Origin: Flagellimonas sp. 389
GTDB lineage: Bacteria > Bacteroidota > Bacteroidia > Flavobacteriales > Flavobacteriaceae
Assembly: GCF_018449435.1 (NCBI RefSeq)
Contig: NZ_JAHCMU010000001.1
Span: 247,299 to 279,298 of the forward strand
Reading direction: 5' to 3'
Length of the DNA: 32,000 nt
Part shown: one piece after another, positions 23,729-32,000 of the stretch
Layout of the letters: each line of letters opens with the position of its first letter
How positions within the stretch are numbered: the stretch's first letter is position 1
Translations under genes and position numbers: made by a program
The notes under the pieces: model-generated
The model's database searches: none
Seen by the model: the letters and a program-made list of their open reading frames with translations, nothing else
Told to the model about the DNA's origin: nothing

Positions 23729-24973
23729 ATGTCAATACCTATAGTACTGGATAAATCAACATTTCAAGGCCTAAATTATGATGATATAGTTGAACTTCAT
23801 AAATATTATATTGTTAACATCACACCTCTACTGGTTTCAGAAATTCTGGGTGACCTTGCAAAAGAAGAAAAAGAAGGAAAGAAACCACCTAAAGACCAAG
23901 TTACAGATTTAGCAAAAAAAATGTTTCCATATAACGCCTATGTTAATATGGATTATAAATTGCTAGTTGAAAAATCTTTAACTGGTGAATTTACAACTGC
24001 CCATAACAGACCATTTCTAAGCGCTCAAAAATCTATAAATACTCCTACGAAAAAAGGGATGACTTTCGTTGAGACAGAAGAAGAACTATCTATAAAGCGC
24101 TGGAAAAGAGGTGAGTTCGACACTATGGATGAAATTATTGCCAATGTATGGCGAACAGAATCCAAGGATGAAGCCGTGGTGAAAACATTCAAAGAAAAAT
24201 TTGACCATCTTAAAGACATCAAAATAAGAGACCATAAACCTTCAAATGAAGAAAAGTTTTCAAGCTTGAAGGAAAGGCTGAAAGAACGCCTTTACATCGA
24301 AATTGAGCCAGTTGATACTTTAAATCTTGTGATGGAATATTTTGACATAAATCCTGATTTAAAAAATTCTATTGAATCCAGATGGAAAAATGAATCGCAT
24401 CCAGATTTACAGAGTTTGGCAGAATATGCAATCTATTGTTATGAAGTGGTCTGTCTATACTATATTGGAATTAATAATTCGTTATGCGGTGAGCGATTGA
24501 CAAATCTTTTGGATTTGAAATACTTGTTTTATGCGCCATTTGCAAGAGTGTTTAGTACCAACGACAGATTTCTAAGAAATTTGTTTTTTGCGGTAGACCC
24601 TAATGATACATTCTTTGTCACATTACCAGAATTAAAAGAAGATTTCAAAAAATTTCAAGCCTTAAATAAAGAAGGGGAAGTATTTAATGAACCACCTAAC
24701 AAAGATTCAGAAACATATCGAATTTGGGATAGTGTTTTCAATATGGAACTTACCCGAAGACTTAAACCTTCCGTAGCGGAAATAAAAAGAAAAGAAGCTG
24801 AGGTAGAAGAAATTCTCAATATTGCCGAAACCGGAAAGGAAGGTGATTTTGAGGGGGAACCAGATTTTGTTACAAAAGAAACTTTTATATCTCCAGATGA
24901 CCCTTGTCCTTGTAAAAGCGGTATTGCTTTCAAAGATTGTCACTTAGCAAAGGCTCAAAACAGGACCAACTAA
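23729..24973 (+). CDS. SEC-C metal-binding motif protein of unknown function
   Basis: The C-terminal DDPCPCKSGIAFKDCH is a SEC-C-type Cys/His knuckle. The remaining ~390 aa could not be assigned. Confidence 0.75.
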   Translation: MSIPIVLDKSTFQGLNYDDIVELHKYYIVNITPLLVSEILGDLAKEEKEGKKPPKDQVTDLAKKMFPYNAYVNMDYKLLVEKSLTGEFTTAHNRPFLSAQKSINTPTKKGMTFVETEEELSIKRWKRGEFDTMDEIIANVWRTESKDEAVVKTFKEKFDHLKDIKIRDHKPSNEEKFSSLKERLKERLYIEIEPVDTLNLVMEYFDINPDLKNSIESRWKNESHPDLQSLAEYAIYCYEVVCLYYIGINNSLCGERLTNLLDLKYLFYAPFARVFSTNDRFLRNLFFAVDPNDTFFVTLPELKEDFKKFQALNKEGEVFNEPPNKDSETYRIWDSVFNMELTRRLKPSVAEIKRKEAEVEEILNIAETGKEGDFEGEPDFVTKETFISPDDPCPCKSGIAFKDCHLAKAQNRTN

Positions 24974-25088
24974 TTGTGAATAATATTGATAGAATTATTT
25001 AGATATAAGGCTTGGAAAAGCTGTGTTTTCAAAATTAAAGTTCTGTTAATCCCAATAAAAACTGTTAAATTTTTGTAATTTTGCATTA

Positions 25089-25508
25089 ATGAAAAAGGTT
25101 TTCCATAAAATATTATCTGTTTTAATGGCTTTTGTAGTATTGTTTACTACAATGTCCTTTACGGTTAATATACACTATTGTGGGGATTCTTTGGTTGATT
25201 TTTCGGTTTTCAAAAGCGCAGAGACTTGTGGTATGGAAAAGGCACAGCCAGTCAAAAGCTGTGAAAATCCAACAATGACCGAAAAAGATTGTTGTACTGA
25301 CCAACAATTTGTAAAAGAAGGCAATCAAGACTTAAAAACGTCTTTCGATAAACTTACATTCGAGCAACAAACTTTTGTTGCAACATTTTTCTACACATAT
25401 ATCAATCGCTTTGAAGGACTTGATGAAAACATCGTTCCTTTCAAGGATTATTCGCCCCCCTTTGTCGAACGGGACATCCAGACCCTTTACGAGACATATC
25501 TAATTTGA
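25089..25508 (+). CDS. small membrane-anchored Cys/His-rich protein (HYC_CC_PP-type)
   Basis: An N-terminal TM/signal segment is present (ILSVLMAFVVLFTTMSF). The three signature motifs are IHYCG, DCCTDQ and SPPF. The gene lies directly upstream of the CusA/CzcA gene. The family name is given from memory. Confidence 0.65.
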   Translation: MKKVFHKILSVLMAFVVLFTTMSFTVNIHYCGDSLVDFSVFKSAETCGMEKAQPVKSCENPTMTEKDCCTDQQFVKEGNQDLKTSFDKLTFEQQTFVATFFYTYINRFEGLDENIVPFKDYSPPFVERDIQTLYETYLI

Positions 25509-25627
25509 TTTTTAGACAGTAACCTTTTCGCCCTGCGGTATTTCCGTTTTGGGCTTGTTTTGTTGTGGTCTTTTTTCAGAACTACATCAAGACCAACTTT
25601 TGTATAACTGTCTAATTATCATTCTAT

Positions 25628-28600
25628 ATGCTCAATAAAAGCATAAAATTTTTAATCGAGAACAAACTTGTTGCGGTACTAATGCTCGCCCTATTTGTGG
25701 GTTGGGGTATTGTAAATGCACCTTTTGGTTGGGATACTGGCATTCTGTCAAGTAATCCTGTGGCCGTGGATGCCATACCTGATATTGGCGAAAATCAGCA
25801 AATCGTCTTTACCAAATGGCAAGGACGTTCGCCACAGGATATTGAAGACCAAATTACCTATCCGCTTACCACTTCCTTATTGGGAATACCAGGGGTAAAA
25901 ACCATTAGAAGTTCCTCAATGTTCGGGTTTTCGAGCATCTATATCATTTTTGAAGAAGATATAGAATTCTACTGGTCACGAAGTCGAATTCTTGAAAAAC
26001 TCAACTCACTTCCAAGCGGTCTATTGCCAGATGGTGTTAACCCAGCTTTAGGACCAGATGCCACGGGATTGGGACAGATTTTCTGGTACACATTAGAAGG
26101 CCGTGATAAGGATGGCAATGTTACAGGTGGATGGGACTTACAGGAACTTCGTAGCATCCAAGATTATTACGTGAAATATGCTTTGTCATCTGCAAGCGGT
26201 GTTTCAGAAGTTGCCTCTATTGGTGGTTATGTTCAAGAATATCAAGTGGACGTGAATCCAGAATTGATGCGCCAGTACAACATTGGGCTATCTGATATTG
26301 TAAAAGCCGTTAAACATAGTAATCAGGATATCGGTGCTCAGACTTTGGAAATGAACCAAGCTGAATATCTGGTTCGTGGTCTAGGTTATGTAAAGTCCAT
26401 AGAAGATATAGAAAACGCGGTAGTTACCTCTAAAGAATTCACTTCTATCAGGATAAAGGATGTGGGCAAAGTCCATTTAGGTCCAGCTACAAGACGCGGT
26501 ATTCTTGACAAAGAGGGTGCTGAAGTTGTCGGCGGTGTGGTTGTGGCTCGATATGGTGCAAATCCTATGGAAGTCATTAACAACGTTAAAGACCAAATCA
26601 ACGATTTAAGTGCTGGACTACCTTCTAAAGAATTGGCCGATGGTCGCACTTCGCAAGTTACCATAGTTCCGTTTTATGACCGTACCGAACTCATTCAAGA
26701 AACATTAGGCACGCTGAATGAAGCCTTAACGCTAGAAATTTTAATTACCATTCTAGTTATCATCATAATGGTCTTTAACCTTAGAGCGTCTGTTCTGATT
26801 TCCGGACTATTACCTGTTGCGGTATTGATGGTTTTTATTGCGATGAAACTTTTCAATATAGATGCGAACATTGTAGCACTTTCTGGAATCGCCATTGCCA
26901 TAGGTACAATGGTCGATGTAGGTGTAATTCTGTCCGAAAATATTATTAGGCATTTGGATATGGAAAACACCGATTCTGAAGGAAATAAGCTGCCTATAAA
27001 TACAGTCGTTTATAATGCGACCACAGAAGTTTCAGGTGCAATTCTTACGGCTGTACTAACCACCATTATTAGCTTTGTTCCAGTCTTTACAATGGTAGGT
27101 GCTGAAGGGAAATTATTCCGCCCGTTAGCCTTTACCAAGACAATGGCACTTACAGCGTCTATTATTGTCGCTCTATTTTTAATCCCACCATTTGCAGCTT
27201 TTTTATTCCGAAAGAAAAGCCTCAAAAACCCATTCAAATACATACTTAATATTTCTTTGATAATTGCGGGGATAATCGCAATGATATATGGGTTCTGGTT
27301 AGGTCTCATATTGATTGCCTTTGGTGCTTCGGGAATCGCTGGACTACAAGGAAAGCTGACCGAAAAGAAAGCTAATTTGGTCAATATCATCATTTCATCG
27401 GTAGCCATTGTTTTCTTATTGGCTGAATACTGGCGACCATTAGGTTTTGACCGAAGTATTGCAATGAACCTCATTTTTGTAAGTATCGTGTGCTTTGGAT
27501 TGCTTGGTACATTTTGGGTCTTCCGCAAATATTATACAAGAATTTTAAGATGGGCTTTACGGAATAAATTTCTATTTCTTTCCGTACCAACGGCTATAAT
27601 CATATTCGGTGTTCTTATAATGCAGAATACAGGTAAGGAATTTATGCCTTCATTAAACGAGGGTTCGTTCCTGTTAATGCCAACATCTTTACCACACGCA
27701 GGGGTTGAAGAAAACAAACGAATTCTACAACAATTGGATATGGCAGTCGCCACTATCCCTGAAATAAAAACAGTCGTTGGTAAGTCTGGACGAACGGAAT
27801 CTGCTCTAGACCCTGCACCGCTATCGATGTATGAAAATATCATTCAGTACAAGTCTGAATATATGATGAATTCGGAAGGAAAACATCAACGTTACAAAGT
27901 CAATGATGATGGTCTTTTTGTTCTCAAAAATGGTAGGTTAATTATCAATCCAAATAATGAAATAGAGGAAGGTGAAAACTATGAAGCGTCCCAATTACAG
28001 ACAACAGTTACACGAGATGAATTGATTATTGACGATGATGGTGAGTACTATCGAAATTGGCGTCCTGAAATCAAAAGTCCAGATGATATCTGGAATGAAA
28101 TCGTTCGGGTCACAAAACTACCCGGCATTACTTCAGCACCAAAGTTACAGCCCATTGAAACTAGATTAGTGATGTTACAGACAGGAATGCGAGCGCCGAT
28201 GGGTATTAAAGTCAAAGGCCAGAATTTGAGCGAAATCGAAGATTTTGGTCTTCAGCTTGAAGCAGTTCTTAAACAGGCTGAAGGGGTCAAAGAACAAGCT
28301 GTATTTGCAGACAGAATCGTAGGTAAGCCTTATTTGCTAATTGATATTGACAGAGAGCAACTGGCCCGGTACGGTATTTCAATAATGCAGGTTCAGGAAA
28401 TTTTGCAAGTAGCCGTTGGCGGAATGCCTCTAACTCAAACCGTGGAAGGTCGGGAACGTTATGCGGTACGTGTACGCTATCCTCGGGAATTGCGAGAAAA
28501 CCCCACGGACTTGAAGAATATTTACGTACCTGTGGAAAAAGGAAATCCTGTTCCTCTGGGTGAGTTGGTAGATATTCGTTACGAACAAGGCCCACAGGTT

Positions 28601-29374
28601 ATAAAAAGTGAAGATACCTTTTTAGTGGGTTATGTCCTTTTTGATAAACTGGACGGTTTTGCCGAAGTAGATGTCGTAGAAAATGCCCAAGCGTTAATAA
28701 AAGCAAAAATCGATAATGGCGAATTAACCGTTCCAAAAGGTATCAACTACCAGTTTACGGGAACGTATGAAAATCAATTACGCGCAGAGAAAACATTATC
28801 CGTGGTTGTTCCATTGGCACTTGTCATTATCTTTTTGATTCTTTATTTCCAATTCCGTTCGGTAGCTACATCTTTAATGGTATTTACGGGAATTGCGGTT
28901 GCCTTCGCAGGTGGTTTCTTAATGATATGGTTCTATGGTCAAGACTGGTTTTTAAACTTCAATTTCTTTGGCGAAAATCTGCGGGACTTGTTTCAGATGC
29001 AAACTATAAATCTAAGTGTAGCAGTATGGGTAGGATTCATTGCGCTGTTTGGTATTGCTACTGATGATGGTGTTGTGATGGCGACCTACCTCACACAAAC
29101 GTTTGACCGAAATACACCTGAAAACAAGAATGAAATTCGTGATTCCATTGTAGAAGCTGGCGAAAAACGAATTCGTCCTTGCCTAATGACCACAGCAACG
29201 ACCATATTGGCATTGCTACCCATTTTGACATCCACTGGTCGAGGAAGCGATATAATGATACCGATGGCCATACCAAGTTTCGGTGGGATGCTTATAGCAT
29301 TGATTACGCTGTTTGTTGTTCCTGTGCTATTCAGTATGAAAAAAGAATTTCAATTAAAACGAGCGAGCAAATGA
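25628..29374 (+). CDS. CusA/CzcA-family heavy-metal efflux RND permease (1248 aa, enlarged)
   Basis: RND hallmarks run throughout the protein, including NPVAVDAIPDIGENQ, GGYVQEYQVDVNP, LSGIAIAIGTMVDVGV and GIATDDGVVMATY. There are two 6-TM bundles plus extra hydrophobic and soluble insertions. Confidence 0.95.
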   Translation: MLNKSIKFLIENKLVAVLMLALFVGWGIVNAPFGWDTGILSSNPVAVDAIPDIGENQQIVFTKWQGRSPQDIEDQITYPLTTSLLGIPGVKTIRSSSMFGFSSIYIIFEEDIEFYWSRSRILEKLNSLPSGLLPDGVNPALGPDATGLGQIFWYTLEGRDKDGNVTGGWDLQELRSIQDYYVKYALSSASGVSEVASIGGYVQEYQVDVNPELMRQYNIGLSDIVKAVKHSNQDIGAQTLEMNQAEYLVRGLGYVKSIEDIENAVVTSKEFTSIRIKDVGKVHLGPATRRGILDKEGAEVVGGVVVARYGANPMEVINNVKDQINDLSAGLPSKELADGRTSQVTIVPFYDRTELIQETLGTLNEALTLEILITILVIIIMVFNLRASVLISGLLPVAVLMVFIAMKLFNIDANIVALSGIAIAIGTMVDVGVILSENIIRHLDMENTDSEGNKLPINTVVYNATTEVSGAILTAVLTTIISFVPVFTMVGAEGKLFRPLAFTKTMALTASIIVALFLIPPFAAFLFRKKSLKNPFKYILNISLIIAGIIAMIYGFWLGLILIAFGASGIAGLQGKLTEKKANLVNIIISSVAIVFLLAEYWRPLGFDRSIAMNLIFVSIVCFGLLGTFWVFRKYYTRILRWALRNKFLFLSVPTAIIIFGVLIMQNTGKEFMPSLNEGSFLLMPTSLPHAGVEENKRILQQLDMAVATIPEIKTVVGKSGRTESALDPAPLSMYENIIQYKSEYMMNSEGKHQRYKVNDDGLFVLKNGRLIINPNNEIEEGENYEASQLQTTVTRDELIIDDDGEYYRNWRPEIKSPDDIWNEIVRVTKLPGITSAPKLQPIETRLVMLQTGMRAPMGIKVKGQNLSEIEDFGLQLEAVLKQAEGVKEQAVFADRIVGKPYLLIDIDREQLARYGISIMQVQEILQVAVGGMPLTQTVEGRERYAVRVRYPRELRENPTDLKNIYVPVEKGNPVPLGELVDIRYEQGPQVIKSEDTFLVGYVLFDKLDGFAEVDVVENAQALIKAKIDNGELTVPKGINYQFTGTYENQLRAEKTLSVVVPLALVIIFLILYFQFRSVATSLMVFTGIAVAFAGGFLMIWFYGQDWFLNFNFFGENLRDLFQMQTINLSVAVWVGFIALFGIATDDGVVMATYLTQTFDRNTPENKNEIRDSIVEAGEKRIRPCLMTTATTILALLPILTSTGRGSDIMIPMAIPSFGGMLIALITLFVVPVLFSMKKEFQLKRASK

Positions 29375-30591
29375 AAAATATAATAATCATAGTATGTCTT
29401 TTGCTTGTTTCCTCTTTCGCGAAAGCACAAGAATTACAGTCTTACATTCAGGAAGCAGAGGCGAACAATCCAGAGATTCAAGCCTATGAATTGCGGTATA
29501 ATATTGCCCAAGAAAGGATAAATGAGGTTAACACATTGCCAAACACTACCGTTAGTGCAGGCTACTTTGTGAGCGAACCAGAAACGAGAACAGGTGCTCA
29601 GCGTGCACGATTTTCAATATCTCAAATGTTGCCTTGGTTCGGAACAATTACAGCAAGGGAAAATTATGCCAGTTCAATGGCTGAAACCGAATTTGTGGAA
29701 ATTGCTATTGCCAAACGAAAATTGGCGCTTTCCGTCGCCCAATCGTATTACACTTTGTATTCCAACAAGAAAAAACAAAATGTGCTGGACGATAATATTC
29801 AATTATTGCAGACATACGAGCGTTTGGCATTAACATCAGTCGAAGTCGGGAAAGCCTCAGCCGTAGATGTATTGCGTTTGCAAATTCGACAAAACGAACT
29901 GCAACAACAAAAGGAAGTTTTGCAAGAAGAATATATCGCAGAACAAACCGTGTTCAATAATCTGCTGAATCGTGAGGAAGATATTGTCGTTGATGTTGTT
30001 CCAGAAATGATGATTCCATCGGAAGACCCTGTTTTTAGCGATGAAGGATTGTCCCTCAATCCTGAACTGCTTAAATACGACAAGCTCTACAAATCCGTAG
30101 AGCAATCAGAACTTTTAAATCAAAAAGAAAGTGCGCCAAATCTAGGATTTGGGCTAGACTATGTTCCCGTGGCAGAGCGACCAGCGATGAACTTTAACGA
30201 TAACGGAAAGGATATAGTGATGCCAATGGTTACACTTTCCATACCCATTTTCAACAATAAGTATAATTCTGTTTCCAAGCAAAACAAGTTGCGACAACAG
30301 GAAATAGAATCTCAAAAAAATGAGCGATTAAATTCGTTGGAAACGGCTTTCGCAAAAGCAAAATCACAACGTAATCAAGCACGGATAAAATTCAATACTC
30401 AGGAAAAAAATCTTAACCAAGCCAAGAATGCTGAAGAAATTCTGATAAAGAATTACGAAACGGGGACAATAGATTTTAACGATGTACTAGACATTCAAGA
30501 ATTACAACTAAAATTTCAAATTAATCAAATCGTGTCGGTGCAAATGTACTATGTGCAATCTGCCGTCATCAATTATTTAATAAATCAATAA
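29371..30591 (+). CDS. TolC-family outer-membrane efflux protein
   Basis: The protein starts MKNIIIIVCLLLVSSFAKAQ (signal peptide). The ATG overlaps the cusA stop (ATGA). Its coiled-coil-rich repeat architecture is typical of outer-membrane factors. The ORF-track start at 29179 lies inside cusA and is rejected. Confidence 0.88.
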   Translation: MKNIIIIVCLLLVSSFAKAQELQSYIQEAEANNPEIQAYELRYNIAQERINEVNTLPNTTVSAGYFVSEPETRTGAQRARFSISQMLPWFGTITARENYASSMAETEFVEIAIAKRKLALSVAQSYYTLYSNKKKQNVLDDNIQLLQTYERLALTSVEVGKASAVDVLRLQIRQNELQQQKEVLQEEYIAEQTVFNNLLNREEDIVVDVVPEMMIPSEDPVFSDEGLSLNPELLKYDKLYKSVEQSELLNQKESAPNLGFGLDYVPVAERPAMNFNDNGKDIVMPMVTLSIPIFNNKYNSVSKQNKLRQQEIESQKNERLNSLETAFAKAKSQRNQARIKFNTQEKNLNQAKNAEEILIKNYETGTIDFNDVLDIQELQLKFQINQIVSVQMYYVQSAVINYLINQ

Positions 30592-30606
30592 TCTAAAATT
30601 ATAACA

Positions 30607-31122
30607 ATGAAAACACTATTTAAGACAACAGTATTAATGCTTGCTATCGCAAGTTTGGTTTCGTGTAAAAATGAAACAAAAAATGACAACAAAAATTCAG
30701 ATTCCGTTACTGAGACTGCCAAGACAGCTGGATTAACCTTTAATGATGATAAGGTTGGAAAACAATTTCAACACTACATTCATTTAAAGACCGCATTGGT
30801 AAAATCAGATTTCAATGAGGCTCAATCTGGGGCAAAAATGTTAATGGAAAACACGGATGATGCAGATTTAAAAGGTATGCTCTCTAAAATTTCAGAAACA
30901 ACTGATATTGAAGTACAACGTACTATATTTTCCGATGTTACGGAAAAGATGACTGATGTGGTAGCTGCATCACTTTCTAGTGGTGAGGTCTATAAACAAT
31001 TTTGCCCAATGGCCTTTAACAATAAAGGCGGTTACTGGCTATCTAAAGATGAAGAAATTCGTAATCCCTATTATGGGAATAAGATGCTAAAATGTGGTCG
31101 CATTTCTGAAACTATTAATTAG
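30607..31122 (+). CDS. DUF3347-like lipoprotein (metal-island associated)
   Basis: A lipobox is present (LASLVSC). The C-terminal FCPMAFNNKGGYWLSKDEEIRNPYYGNKMLKCG matches the DUF3347 pattern as I recall it. Confidence 0.7.
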   Translation: MKTLFKTTVLMLAIASLVSCKNETKNDNKNSDSVTETAKTAGLTFNDDKVGKQFQHYIHLKTALVKSDFNEAQSGAKMLMENTDDADLKGMLSKISETTDIEVQRTIFSDVTEKMTDVVAASLSSGEVYKQFCPMAFNNKGGYWLSKDEEIRNPYYGNKMLKCGRISETIN

Positions 31123-31129
31123 ATAGCAA

Positions 31130-32000
31130 ATGAAACACACCTATCACATCCACGGAATGACCTGCAACGGTTGCAAAACTCACGTCGATAAAACACTTTC
31201 CAATGTGGAAGGTGTGACTAACGTATCCGTAGATTTGGAAAAAGCTGAAGCGGTCATCGAAATGGAATCCCATATTCCCATCGAGAAGTTTCAGGAAGCT
31301 TTGAAGCAAGATGGTGGTTCGTACAGTATTCACACTCTAGGCGAACATCATAAGGTTGTAGATAAAAAAGAGAAAGCAGCAAAAGGGCAAGGAACGGGAA
31401 CGTTCTATTGCCCGATGCATTGCGAGGGTGACAAAACCTATGACAAGCCAGGTGATTGCCCTGTCTGCGGAATGGATTTAGTCGAAGAACAAAATTTGTC
31501 AACTTCTTCCGTAACGCAATATACGTGTCCCATGCATCCAAAAATCGTAAAGGATGAAGCTGGAAGCTGCCCAATTTGCGGGATGGATTTAGTACCAATG
31601 GAACCCGATATGTCCGCAGAGGAAAAGACCTATAGAAAACTACTTAAAAAGTTTTGGGTTGCCGTGGCATTTACATTGCCCATCTTTTTAATAGCAATGT
31701 CGGAAATGCTGACCAATAATCCATTATATGATATTCTGGAATTGAAGTATTGGAATTGGATTCAGTTTGTGCTTTCCATTCCAGTCGTGTTTTATGCTAC
31801 TTGGATGTTCTTTGAACGTGCCTACCGCAGTATTAAAACTTGGAATCTCAATATGTTTACACTCATTGGAATCGGTGCTGGTGTAGCTTGGTTATTTAGT
31901 GTAATAGGTATGCTTATACCTGACTTTTTCCCAGACCAATTTAAGACCGAAGCAGGTACGGTTCACGTCTATTTTGAAGCTGCTACTGTAATCCTCACTT
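31130..32000 (+). CDS. heavy-metal translocating P-type ATPase, N-terminal part (3'-partial)
   Basis: I translated this manually because it is absent from the ORF track (no stop in the window). It reads MKHTYHIHGMTCNGCKTHV (HMA domain, GMTCxxC). Two CPMH...CPxCGMDL modules follow, and then the first TM helices (FWVAVAFTLPIFLIAM...). Confidence 0.93.
   Translation, partial: MKHTYHIHGMTCNGCKTHVDKTLSNVEGVTNVSVDLEKAEAVIEMESHIPIEKFQEALKQDGGSYSIHTLGEHHKVVDKKEKAAKGQGTGTFYCPMHCEGDKTYDKPGDCPVCGMDLVEEQNLSTSSVTQYTCPMHPKIVKDEAGSCPICGMDLVPMEPDMSAEEKTYRKLLKKFWVAVAFTLPIFLIAMSEMLTNNPLYDILELKYWNWIQFVLSIPVVFYATWMFFERAYRSIKTWNLNMFTLIGIGAGVAWLFSVIGMLIPDFFPDQFKTEAGTVHVYFEAATVILT

Larger units (their letters stand above)
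22061..32000. mobile_element. integrated genomic island 2 (heavy-metal resistance), right end beyond the window
   Basis: The element starts at the displaced tRNA-Asp fragment and carries its own integrase related to that of island 1. Its cargo is a metal efflux/ATPase module. A third repeat copy is expected downstream but lies outside the window. Confidence 0.6.

Noticed and set aside
27010-27528. 172-aa minus-strand ORF, plus other antisense ORFs within cusA (25969-26157, 26386-26664, 26695-26970, 27532-27843, 28287-28595)
   Set aside because: They are shadow ORFs opposite a strongly supported RND permease gene, and none has a motif.
29179-29370. N-terminal extension of the TolC-like ORF given in the ORF track
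   Set aside because: The extension lies inside the 3' end of cusA in another frame. The native protein clearly begins with the signal peptide MKNIIIIVCLLL at ATG 29371, which overlaps the cusA stop (ATGA).
31115-31598. Minus-strand ORFs 31115-31333 and 31254-31598
   Set aside because: They are antisense to the unmistakable HMA/CPxCGM N-terminus of the P-type ATPase. That gene is missing from the ORF track only because it has no stop within the window.
1-32000. Scan for CRISPR arrays, IS elements/transposases, rRNA genes and additional tRNAs
   Set aside because: I saw no regularly spaced repeat array, no transposase-like ORF with terminal inverted repeats and no rRNA-like sequence. Apart from the single tRNA-Asp, the only tRNA-like sequence is its 24-bp 3' fragment.

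Overview
The gene content suggests a Bacteroidota (Flavobacteriia-like) chromosome, though this taxonomic call is inferred and not tested. Supporting signs are Bacteroidota-type tyrosine integrases, a BfmA/BtgA-like mobilisation protein, HYC_CC_PP and DUF3347 metal-island genes, and TAnnTTTG-type -7 boxes.

Layout:
(i) Core genes at 1-4300: the 3' part of dnaE, a small unknown ORF, trxA, a DUF58 gene and tRNA-Asp(GTC).
(ii) Island 1, about 17.8 kb, inserted in the 3' end of tRNA-Asp. It is bounded by a 24-bp direct repeat at 4280-4303 and 22061-22084. It carries an integrase, a Fic protein, a three-gene methyltransferase/ATPase-kinase/receiver operon, a degenerate NTase/HEPN-like pair, an XRE regulator, a secreted caspase-like protein, an orphan mobA, a frameshifted VOC pseudogene and two unknown ORFs.
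(iii) Island 2 starts at the second repeat copy and runs off the window. It has its own related integrase, a SEC-C protein and a heavy-metal module (HYC_CC_PP, CusA/CzcA, TolC, DUF3347, P-type ATPase).

The best candidate for an undescribed system is the translationally coupled operon at 7825-13469. It encodes a Dcm-type C5-cytosine methyltransferase. The second gene encodes a 967-aa protein with an N-terminal MORC/Hsp90-like GHKL ATPase module, a coiled coil and a C-terminal histidine-kinase core. The third encodes a 563-aa protein whose N-terminus has all canonical receiver-domain residues and whose C-terminal half I cannot assign. I read this as a possible phosphorelay-gated, methylation-linked defence module.

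All calls come from reading the translations and the DNA by eye. No database search, HMM or GC computation was run.
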